From IMG/VR virus record IMGVR_UViG_3300032116_012976: a DNA stretch of 64,000 bases, one strand, 5' to 3'. Position numbers and translations under genes: made by a program. How positions within the stretch are numbered: the stretch's first letter is position 1; the number at the start of each line of letters is the position of its first letter. The notes under the pieces were generated by a model that searched no databases, was not told the DNA's origin, and saw only the letters and a program-made list of their open reading frames with translations. Shown piece by piece: positions 44,015 to 50,760 of the stretch. Source of the DNA: a virus (taxonomy: Duplodnaviria; Heunggongvirae; Uroviricota; Caudoviricetes).

Positions 44015-44986
44015 ATGATCACTGAAATCTTAACCTATCACCACAGTCTCGACTGGAACATTGAACAATTCGTTGATAGCACATGTCTAGCAAACATTGT
44101 TCAGCCACACTGGCCAATGGTAACTTCTTCCAAAGGAGGATTGATACCAACAAATAAACCCAGCCGAGACTTTTTTGAGCTCAATAAAAAACGAGGACGT
44201 CCTACTGAACTTAGGAACAGTACCATTGACGCCTTGGTCAGTCTTGTGGCAACAAAATTGCATCTCAACGGATTTGTTACGAATGTGGTAGCAGAATGCA
44301 GTGGAAGCATGCATGCCTTGTACACTGCATCCATGGTGAGCTTGCAACACCAATTACCAGTGATTGTTTTTTGTGCTGATAATTTAGTTGATGACGAACT
44401 TCACATGTGGCGATTTGCCAGTATGGGTGCATTGGATCAATCCTCAGGAAGAGCATTTGACTCAACCAGTACTGGATTTCGAATGGGTAGAGGCATGGCT
44501 GCAATGTTGATAAAACATCCAAGTGTAAAATTCAACATGAGTGCATTTGCCACAATCAGCAATTATATCTTTCGTACCAACCCCACACTCATAGCCAATC
44601 CAGGTGATGCGCACCAATTGGCCAGAGATATTTCTGGCATCAATTTTGACACCATTGATTTTTGGAATGCACATGCAACAGGCACTCCAGTGGGAGATCA
44701 ATTTGAGTACAATGTTTTTAATTCTTTAGTTCACAAAGACATACCTATTGTCAGCTACAAAAGCCGCATAGGGCACTGTATCTCAGCCAGCGGCGCCATT
44801 GAAATGTGCATGAGTTTTGACGATTACCGTGCAAAAACCCTAAGACCCAATGTGTTAGCTGGTGATCTCATAGTCAAAGATTCAAGGATCATCGTAGATG
44901 CTGTGCCGTTTCCGGGCAAACGCATACTCAAGGCCAATTTTGGATTTGGCGGCAAAAACAGTTTTTGCCAAATTGACATTGAATAG
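44015..44986 (+). CDS. beta-ketoacyl-ACP synthase I/II-like (short, 323 aa)
   Basis: Cys-His-His triad context: AECSGSMHALY, NAHATGTPVGD, KSRIGHCISASGAIE. C-terminal FGFGGKNS. N-terminal region is shorter than FabB/FabF. No obvious RBS. Confidence 0.75.
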   Translation: MITEILTYHHSLDWNIEQFVDSTCLANIVQPHWPMVTSSKGGLIPTNKPSRDFFELNKKRGRPTELRNSTIDALVSLVATKLHLNGFVTNVVAECSGSMHALYTASMVSLQHQLPVIVFCADNLVDDELHMWRFASMGALDQSSGRAFDSTSTGFRMGRGMAAMLIKHPSVKFNMSAFATISNYIFRTNPTLIANPGDAHQLARDISGINFDTIDFWNAHATGTPVGDQFEYNVFNSLVHKDIPIVSYKSRIGHCISASGAIEMCMSFDDYRAKTLRPNVLAGDLIVKDSRIIVDAVPFPGKRILKANFGFGGKNSFCQIDIE

Positions 44987-44990
44987 ATTC

Positions 44991-45140
44991 TATAGTCAAG
45001 CACCGAGAGATGCTCAATTTATGCGTCCTCCGCTAAGAGTGCAATAGCCGATAGCAGTTATATTAGGATCCGTTCCCGGCCGGTTGGACCCGAATAGCGT
45101 AAGCGTCCTTACACGATACCTTTATCGGTGCTTGACTATA
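44991..45140. ncRNA. 150-nt element closed by a perfect 16-bp clamp, directly after the KAS stop codon
   Basis: tatagtcaagcaccga (44991..45006) pairs with tcggtgcttgactata (45125..45140). The interior has gc-GTAA-gc, ccggccgg and gcg/cgc stems. Confidence 0.45.
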
Positions 45141-45173
45141 AAAACTAAAAGTTCGGATTTGAAAATCAAATCC
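45141..45173 (-). terminator. possible terminator of the upstream minus-strand RNA
   Basis: ggatttga-aaa-tcaaatcc hairpin (45155..45173) followed, on the minus strand, by T-rich gaacTTTTagTTTTTat. Confidence 0.45.
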
Positions 45174-45590
45174 TCCCACTGCTAACTACTGCTTCCCAAT
45201 TTATCGTCCATCGGCACCCGTGGTAGGGCTTGCGATGCTCATCGGCCCTGAGTTCTGGCTCAGGTGATCCTTGGGATAGGACTGCTGGGCCTTGTCCTGC
45301 CCAGCATCAGGAAAATTAGTTGCTCTGCATCCCCCGGCGGTAATTGTAGTGCATCATCTCTTGGGTTGCCCCGCAATTCTCACACACCTTCCACCCGCTT
45401 CCCGACAGGGACCGCTATCGTGTTGCTAACGGCCTTTCGGTAAGAAGACTACCACCCTTGAGAGTCACCTCACTTCTTATCCTGCGGGTCACAGTATCCG
45501 CTAACCAAGCGGAACGTCGGGGAGAAGCCACGGTTGCAGGACCTAGTGCTCTTGCGAGGAAGTGTCCAGGCGATGTGGCTTCAAACTTGA
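45174..45590 (-). ncRNA. candidate structured ncRNA (~420 nt), class unknown
   Basis: ORF-free. Hairpins cctgag/ctcagg, tgctggg/cccagca, agggc/gccct, tccgc/gcgga. Two more CGCAAG on the minus strand (plus CTTGCG at 45229 and 45551). Confidence 0.35.
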
Positions 45591-45679
45591 GGCATCATGT
45601 GGGATTCGAACCCACGCAAGAAAACCTTGATGATCATTCAAGGTTGAAGCAAACCACACTCCGTTACATCCTATGACGC
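45591..45679 (-). ncRNA. tRNA-like element A (89 nt; canonical acceptor and T arm, non-canonical core, no CCA)
   Basis: GCGTCAT...GTGGG TTCGAAT CCCAC ATGATGC C. The core is an 8-bp hairpin with loop ATGATCA. No D-arm could be folded. Confidence 0.4.
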
Positions 45680-45687
45680 CATAAACT

Positions 45688-45778
45688 TGGTGGACAACAA
45701 TGGGAATCTAACCCACTTCTTCCTCGTATGCTATTACGAAGTTTCATACCAGCCTCAGGTAATTGACACATCATGTCC
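45688..45778 (-). ncRNA. tRNA-like element B (91 nt; degenerate)
   Basis: T-arm GTGGG TTAGATT CCCAT, 5-bp acceptor, CCA encoded. No canonical anticodon arm (7-bp stem CTTCGTA/TACGAGG with a 6-nt loop). Confidence 0.35.
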
Positions 45779-45785
45779 ATAAACT

Positions 45786-45860
45786 TGGCGGTCCCAGGGG
45801 GTAACGATCCCCCTCCTCAGCAGTGACAGTGCTGTGTGCGTCCATGAACACCTTGAGACC
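45786..45860 (-). tRNA. tRNA-Asp(GTC)
   Basis: GGTCTCA AG GTGT TCATGGAC GCAC A CAGCA CTGTCAC TGCTG AGGA GGGGG ATCGTTA CCCCC TGGGACC G CCA. Confidence 0.75.
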
Positions 45861-46063
45861 AAATTAGGATAAGCTACTGGGTTCCACGCCAGCCCTTAAT
45901 TGAGCAGTTACTCTGTCCATCTCATTTATTCAAAGTCTGTGTGCAGTGAGATTCTGCCTATCAGAGTCTGTAAGGGTAGTCTCCATCCTTACGCTTACGG
46001 TCTTCTGCCACCGGATCTCTATCGCTAATCAAACGCTACTTTAACGAAAGTAGTAACGGGATT

Positions 46064-46138
46064 TGGTAGAGCGTAGGGGAATCGAACCCCTCTTACAGGC
46101 GTGAAAGGCTTGTGTCCTAACCGATAGACGAACGCTCC
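46064..46138 (-). tRNA. tRNA-Glu(TTC)
   Basis: G1:U72, T-arm agggg/cccct, anticodon loop CTTTCAC, CCA encoded. Confidence 0.8.
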
Positions 46139-46147
46139 ATAGTTCAC

Positions 46148-46376
46148 TATATGAAAACACATTAGGGAAGTTCTTGACACGCATCACCAACTTGCATCAA
46201 GACCTCATTACAGGCCCAGTAGTTCCGCCGCCTTCCTGGAGTTTGGTGTAGCCTTATCCCTCACGCTCGATGGTGTCTCGCGCTACTCTTAGGCCCTCCT
46301 GCTTCATGGGTATCCGGCTCGAATCAGCCTTTGTTCACCCCTAACGGACTAGGTAACCCTAATGTGTTTACATATA
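46148..46376 (-). ncRNA. clamp-stem element 9 nt 5' of tRNA-Glu (229 nt)
   Basis: Arms tatatgaaaacacattaggg (46148..46167) and ccctaatgtgtttacatata (46357..46376), 19 of 20 paired, enclosing ~190 nt without an ORF. Confidence 0.5.
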
Positions 46377-46473
46377 GTGCCCAGAACTTAATCTGGGGCA
46401 CTATACAAAATTAAATTTTTAACGAACTTCAAAGTAGTTTCGATCAACTGCCTTTGTTTTCTAACTAGTCTCT

Positions 46474-46502
46474 AGTATAGCATCTCCTGCTTTACTGGTC
46501 AA
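46474..46502 (-). promoter_or_regulatory. sigma70-type promoter TTGACC-N17-TATACT (TGn) reading into the tRNA/ncRNA array
   Basis: Minus strand: ttgaccagtaaagcaggagatgcTATACT. Confidence 0.6.
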
Positions 46503-46571
46503 CTTGTTTTGTAAATGCCCCGCCTTGTTGCAGGGTCTTTACAAACTTCGCTGTTTTTCTAACTTGTGTCT

Positions 46572-46600
46572 AGTATAGCACCAATCCAATTATTGGTCTA
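46572..46600 (-). promoter_or_regulatory. tandem second copy of the promoter (TAGACC-N17-TATACT)
   Basis: Minus strand: tagaccaataattggattggtgcTATACT. About 98 nt upstream of the first copy, with shared flank ttttctaact.gt.tctagtatagca. Confidence 0.45.
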
Positions 46601-46607
46601 CTGCCAT

Positions 46608-46637
46608 AAAAAAACCCGCCTACTTGGCGGGTTTTTT
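46608..46637 (-). terminator. rho-independent terminator after the porin gene (bidirectional shape)
   Basis: acccgcc-tactt-ggcgggt flanked by an A-run and a T-run. Confidence 0.85.
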
Positions 46638-46656
46638 GGTTTGTACTACTTCTGTT

Positions 46657-47547
46657 TTAGAACTGTACGACCAACCCGCCTGCTACTTGTTTGACATCAG
46701 TGGCTGCTGAGGTTCCCTCAACTGTACGATACAAAACTTGTGCATAGGTCTTTTTGCTGAAAGCATACTCAGCACCTACGTTGTAACTCTTGATGCCATT
46801 TTCAATGCGACCATAGCTGGCCTTCACTGTGACTGGTCCACCAAGTTTGTGTGCCACGCCGACCAACTGAGCACGGTTGGTGTTGGCAGCAACGCCTTTG
46901 TTGTCGCTTGCGCTGGCAAACACAGTGGTTGCACCAAATTTAGCACGAGCAGCCAACACGTCACTGGTTTCTGCGCCAGCTTCGTAACGAGCATAAGTCA
47001 ACACAGCAGGTCCAACTGCGGCAATCACGGATGCGGCATAAGGATCAGCGGCAGTGCCAACAGCACCAGTGCTACGATCAAAGTTAGCAGAGACATTGCC
47101 AAAGTTCACAGAAGTGAAAGCGGCATTGCTCAAACGCAAACCACGCAGGTTATGCACGTCGGCAGCTGAGCTACCAATCAATGTGCCAAATGGATCATTG
47201 TCGCTGATGGCCAAGAAGTGAGTGTGAACATTGCGACCAAGATCAACGCTACCCATTTTGTGAGCAATACCCACGGTGCTTTGGCGATCGCCAAGTCTAG
47301 TGTCAGTACCAGTGTCTGGGCTGTTGGCTTGGATGCCGGTCTCGTATGTGGCACGAGCTGTTAATCCGCCACCTAAGTTTTCAGTAGCACGAATGCCAAA
47401 GTGACTCAAGTCATTGGCCATGCCTTGCACGGTGGAAGCACCAGTTTTGGTGTTGTCAAGGTAAGTGCCAACACGACCATAGATACCAACTTGTGCGCTT
47501 GCAACACCAGCAACTGCCAGGGTCAACGCAATTAGAACTTTCTTCAT
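46657..47547 (-). CDS. outer-membrane porin (Gram-negative trimeric porin family)
   Basis: Signal peptide MKKVLIALTLAVAGVASAQV, alternating beta-strand pattern, C-terminal ...GGLVVQF with terminal Phe. RBS aaggaaa. Confidence 0.8.
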   Translation of the reverse strand: MKKVLIALTLAVAGVASAQVGIYGRVGTYLDNTKTGASTVQGMANDLSHFGIRATENLGGGLTARATYETGIQANSPDTGTDTRLGDRQSTVGIAHKMGSVDLGRNVHTHFLAISDNDPFGTLIGSSAADVHNLRGLRLSNAAFTSVNFGNVSANFDRSTGAVGTAADPYAASVIAAVGPAVLTYARYEAGAETSDVLAARAKFGATTVFASASDNKGVAANTNRAQLVGVAHKLGGPVTVKASYGRIENGIKSYNVGAEYAFSKKTYAQVLYRTVEGTSAATDVKQVAGGLVVQF

Positions 47548-47595
47548 AAGTAATTTTTCCTTGTTAATGAAATGATCAAATGTCGATCATAGAGT

Positions 47596-47625
47596 ATTAT
47601 ATAGCACAAACACTGAGAATGTCAA
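47596..47625 (-). promoter_or_regulatory. sigma70-type promoter TTGACA-N18-TATAAT for the porin gene
   Basis: Minus strand: ttgacattctcagtgtttgtgctaTATAAT. Confidence 0.55.
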
Positions 47626-47651
47626 AGAAAATGGCTACTTTCGCAGCCATT
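47622..47651 (-). terminator. terminator at the end of the tmRNA coding piece
   Basis: aatggct-gcgaaagt-agccatt hairpin followed, on the minus strand, by ttttcttt. Confidence 0.65.
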
Positions 47652-47813
47652 TTGGTGGTTTCTGTTACGAGGTATTTCCTACCCTAGACGACCTTAAGCG
47701 GCCATCAAGAATTTTTCATCATTTGCAGATAAAAGTTTTGCTTGATTTACGGTCATCGCCTACCGTGCTGTCCACTCTGTTACTCTTTGCCCTGTCGAAT
47801 CTAGGTCAGGCCC
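47630..47813 (-). ncRNA. ssrA: tmRNA coding piece (two-piece / permuted ssrA)
   Basis: Starts GGGCCTGACCTAGATTCGAC (compare the standard GGGGCUGAUUCUGGAUUCGAC). Contains the tag frame. The 3' boundary is approximate. Confidence 0.8.
47694..47726 (-). other. ssrA: tmRNA tag reading frame ANDEKFLMAA*
   Basis: GCA AAT GAT GAA AAA TTC TTG ATG GCC GCT TAA. The ANDE...AA pattern is typical of proteobacterial tags. Confidence 0.8.
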
Positions 47814-48028
47814 ATCATAAAGAAACTTAATCTACGCTTAATGTTGTTAACAACAAGCATAATATTGGAAAAACAATTAATAAAAATTTTGCTAAATTTT
47901 CCATATTACCATAACTCACAGTTTTTTATTTTCTCTTCGTCCAATGTGGTATCACGTGTAAAATAAAATACACCAAACACTAACCAAAATAACAAAAATA
48001 AAACATAACCTATCATTAAACTTCCTTA

Positions 48029-48093
48029 TGGTGGACCTGGGGGGATTCGCACCCCCGTCCAGAACACTTTTCTCTCGGCTTCATACAGCAATA
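48029..48093 (-). ncRNA. ssrA: tmRNA acceptor piece (T-arm + 3' acceptor strand + ACCA)
   Basis: ...GGAC GGGGG TGCGAAT CCCCC CAGGTCC A CCA. Pairs with GGGCCTG of the coding piece, giving G3:U70. The 5' boundary is inferred from the promoter. Confidence 0.75.
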
Positions 48094-48099
48094 ACTCGC

Positions 48100-48128
48100 A
48101 GTATATATTTATTCTTTGGGCTTGTCAA
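48100..48128 (-). promoter_or_regulatory. sigma70-type promoter TTGACA-N17-TATACT for the tmRNA precursor
   Basis: Minus strand: ttgacaagcccaaagaataaataTATACT. Confidence 0.6.
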
Positions 48129-48278
48129 CTGCTTTGGAGATGATGTCATACACTTGTGCGTATGCATCAGTAATTTTGTCTAGTTGTTGTTCCGACACCA
48201 AGTCTGTGTCCTCCAGACTGACCAAGTCTCGGGCTAGATTTTCTTGTAGTTTTTTTATGGGATTGAGCACATACCTAT

Positions 48279-48812
48279 TTATTCATCCCCGCTATCTACT
48301 GGGATCCAGCCCAACTTAAAAAAGTCTTCCTGGATTTCTTCTGTGACATGTCCTTCGGGTACATATCTTTTAACACCGTCAGCATCACCATTGCCCAGTC
48401 CATCGCCTATGCCCGAACAGTACCAATCAATATAGTCACCTTGTTCACGCATGTCGGCAACAATACCCCCGGCATAGCGCCACGAACAACTGTAGGTCTC
48501 TCCCTTTAGCAAAGGCCATACTTCGTTGCGTTGCCAGTCTTGATTGCACAAGGCTGCGTAGATGTTTTGAGCGTAGGTATCGCTGGCCTTGGCTTTGTCG
48601 CAAACCCACTTGGTGCTACGCAAATCATATTCAAGATTGTTTTCTCGCCACCGTTCGTCGGCTTCGCGTTGAGCCTGATGTTCGTTGATCATGCGTTCAA
48701 GATCTAAAGCTCGTTGAACATCTTCGTCAGTGGCAGGATCTCCTCCTTCCGCAATGACATCTTCAATTCTGCATTGACTGTGAAAGGTTCCGCGAGTAGG
48801 ACTTTTGTTCAT
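48279..48812 (-). CDS. hypothetical protein
   Basis: Start moved to MNKSPTRG, because the longer ORF-track version (to 48890) runs through tRNA-Leu(TAA). Confidence 0.55.
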   Translation of the reverse strand: MNKSPTRGTFHSQCRIEDVIAEGGDPATDEDVQRALDLERMINEHQAQREADERWRENNLEYDLRSTKWVCDKAKASDTYAQNIYAALCNQDWQRNEVWPLLKGETYSCSWRYAGGIVADMREQGDYIDWYCSGIGDGLGNGDADGVKRYVPEGHVTEEIQEDFFKLGWIPVDSGDE

Positions 48813-48818
48813 AATGTT

Positions 48819-48904
48819 TGGTACCAGAGACGGGACTCGAACCCGTATGCCCTTGCAAGCGGCAGATTTTAAGTCTGCTGTGTATACCATTCCACCACTC
48901 TGGC
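48819..48904 (-). tRNA. tRNA-Leu(TAA), canonical class II
   Basis: 86 nt: GCCAGAG TG GTGG AATGGTATA...GCAGA CTTAAAA TCTGC + 15-nt variable arm + ACGGG TTCGAGT CCCGT CTCTGGT A CCA. Confidence 0.8.
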
Positions 48905-48922
48905 TTTGCGTTATTTAATACA

Positions 48923-48997
48923 TGGTCCGGCGTAGAGGAATCGAACCTCTATAATGACTTTAGAAGAATCATGTCCTATCCGTTGAACGAACGCCAG
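48923..48997 (-). tRNA. tRNA-Arg(TCT)
   Basis: CTGGCGT TC GTTC AACGGATA GGAC A TGATT CTTCTAA AGTCA TTAT AGAGG TTCGATT CCTCT ACGCCGG A CCA. Confidence 0.8.
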
Positions 48998-49002
48998 ATG
49001 TT

Positions 49003-49077
49003 TGGTGGGCCAACTTGGAATTGAACCAAGACTCGACCGATTATGAGTCGGTTGCTTTACCATTAAGCTATTGGCCC
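49003..49077 (-). tRNA. tRNA-Met or Ile2 (CAT)
   Basis: GGGCCAA TA GCTT AATGGTA AAGC A ACCGA CTCATAA TCGGT CGAGT CTTGG TTCAATT CCAAG TTGGCCC A CCA. Confidence 0.75.
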
Positions 49078-49100
49078 TGTGCTACATTGTAGCAGGAAAA

Positions 49101-49481
49101 CTATTTAGTGTCAACTGTTCCGTCGGCCAGGTGGTCATGTTTGATTTCTTTTACAGGATGCCCTAAAATGCTGGCAACAGAATTTTTGTAAGCAATACGT
49201 TTGTTGTTATGATCTCTAATGGCAATGGCTCGGCGACCAATCTCCTGAAGGCTCAACATTTGCTCCACGCCTGATTTGAGCTGCCATTCTAGATCCCAGA
49301 TAGCATGATGGATGTCGGTCATTGCTTGAATGTCCTCATCTAGTTCTGCGCTTTGTGGTAGTTGTCGAAACTTGTCCTCGTACCAATCAAGTTCAACTTG
49401 GTTGGCGCCTTTGGTTCGTGCATGTTTTACTCTGGCAATGCAGAGTCGATCAATTAGTTCTAATACTGGAAGAAATTCCAT
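49101..49481 (-). CDS. hypothetical protein
   Basis: 126-aa ORF downstream of the promoter at 49511. Confidence 0.55.
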   Translation of the reverse strand: MEFLPVLELIDRLCIARVKHARTKGANQVELDWYEDKFRQLPQSAELDEDIQAMTDIHHAIWDLEWQLKSGVEQMLSLQEIGRRAIAIRDHNNKRIAYKNSVASILGHPVKEIKHDHLADGTVDTK

Positions 49482-49510
49482 AGCATACCCTTTCTATTTT
49501 GTATAGAATT

Positions 49511-49539
49511 ATTATACAAAAATGCTAAGTGTTTGTCAA
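49511..49539 (-). promoter_or_regulatory. sigma70-type promoter TTGACA-N17-TATAAT
   Basis: Minus strand: ttgacaaacacttagcatttttgTATAAT. Overlaps the 3' end of the desaturase ORF. Confidence 0.55.
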
Positions 49540-50300
49540 CGGTCTTTGTCAGTTCTTACCAATTGAATTAAGCGGTATCCAGGATCAAATTCCCACCATT
49601 TTTTGCCAAACTGTGGATCTGCGGCAGCGGCGTGATGATTGTTGTGCCAGCCCTCTCCACCAGTCAAATATCCTACCAGCAGGTTATTTGAACTTTGATC
49701 ACGTGTGTCAAAATTTCTATATCCTGATGGACTGTGAGTGAGAGAGTTGGTCAGTGAACTGGCATGTTGCAACAATAGTGACGGAACCAAATAAGCATAC
49801 ACTACTGCATAAGGATCTATCATGTAAACTGCCACCCCGACCAAGATAGTGTACAACCAATGATTGTAGTACATGTGCATGTGAAATTTGGATTTCACAA
49901 TCTCTGGAGCATAACTTAATTTTGGAGTAGCAGGTGTGAGTCTAAATTGCACGGCTAGATAACCGTATACCGCAGGTGAGTGCGGATCATCTTTTGTGTC
50001 AGAGTGTCTATGATGCGCTCGATGTATTGCTACCCAATACAACATTGGTAAAGTTGTGCCAGGAATAGCAATCAATGTTCCTAGATATTCAAACCATTTT
50101 GGTGCTTGAAAAGAACGATGGGTGATCAGCCGATGAACTGTTACAGTTCCGACTACCATCTTGATATAGTAGACCAACAGACATATTGCCCACTGCCATG
50201 CTTCACTGTTGAAGATAAAGTAGACCAGGATCACATGTAGACAGGCACTGTATGCAATCATTTCGTTGTGCGAAGGCACAAACCAGTTTTTCTTTTTCAT
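49536..50300 (-). CDS. membrane fatty-acid desaturase (third copy)
   Basis: HRLITHRSF, HRAHHRHSDTKDDPHSP, GEGWHNNHHAA. Confidence 0.85.
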   Translation of the reverse strand: MKKKNWFVPSHNEMIAYSACLHVILVYFIFNSEAWQWAICLLVYYIKMVVGTVTVHRLITHRSFQAPKWFEYLGTLIAIPGTTLPMLYWVAIHRAHHRHSDTKDDPHSPAVYGYLAVQFRLTPATPKLSYAPEIVKSKFHMHMYYNHWLYTILVGVAVYMIDPYAVVYAYLVPSLLLQHASSLTNSLTHSPSGYRNFDTRDQSSNNLLVGYLTGGEGWHNNHHAAAADPQFGKKWWEFDPGYRLIQLVRTDKDR

Positions 50301-50308
50301 GCAGATAC

Positions 50309-50467
50309 TTATGCATCTACTTGCAGTAGGTCAGCCTCTTGATCCATTTCCATTTCGGTAATCAGCAGGTCAGCAAATTGCTGACAGAAGATAGCAAACC
50401 AAAGTTGGTCCATCGCTTCTTCGGGTGCGCCAGCGGCCCGCACCAGGCGTTCAAGTTCAGTATTCAT
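50309..50467 (-). CDS. 52-aa acidic protein (below ORF-track cutoff)
   Basis: MNTELERLVRAAGAPEEAMDQLWFAIFCQQFADLLITEMEMDQEADLLQVDA. ATGA overlap with ORF 50464. Confidence 0.45.
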   Translation of the reverse strand: MNTELERLVRAAGAPEEAMDQLWFAIFCQQFADLLITEMEMDQEADLLQVDA

Positions 50468-50760
50468 AGCCTGGAATCATAAGTGAAGGCAGCAAGATAT
50501 CGCATGCTGGCACGGCTGGGAATGTGCTGATTACAGAACCGTTGGTATGCCGCACGCCAACGCTTTTGGACAGGTGCTGGCGCATGGCAAGCAAGATAAT
50601 GCAAGTGGCCAAATCTGCGCCCAATGCTGATGTGATTGGGCTTCCAGCCTGCAGGATACCATTTGTCGCGAGTTTGCCAATTGTAGTTTACCCAGACACC
50701 CATTCGGCGTTCTTGCATGATATACTTTTTAGATATATCTTGTGGTCTAAATCGGTTCAT
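50464..50760 (-). CDS. hypothetical protein
   Basis: 98-aa basic ORF, ATGA-coupled. Confidence 0.5.
   Translation of the reverse strand: MNRFRPQDISKKYIMQERRMGVWVNYNWQTRDKWYPAGWKPNHISIGRRFGHLHYLACHAPAPVQKRWRAAYQRFCNQHIPSRASMRYLAAFTYDSRL

Noticed and set aside
42994-45590. Identity of the ORF-free blocks as RNase P RNA, a group II intron or an rRNA fragment
   Set aside because: I looked for RNase P conserved regions (GAGGAAAGUCC-type), a group II domain V-like hairpin and rRNA-like stretches on both strands and found none by eye. This is weak negative evidence.
45458-45676. ORF 45458..45676 (72 aa)
   Set aside because: It spans the structured block and tRNA-like element A on the opposite strand, with no RBS.
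46738-47169. Antisense ORFs inside strong genes (46738..47169 in the porin, 25751..26335 and 25767..26162 in the vWA gene, 27181..27600 in the AAA+ gene, 53271..53936 and others)
   Set aside because: They are mirror frames of clearly coding regions, with biased composition and no independent signals.
48116-48319. ORF 48116..48319 (+)
   Set aside because: It overlaps the tmRNA promoter and lies antisense to the end of ORF 48279..48812. Low-complexity S/C-rich sequence.
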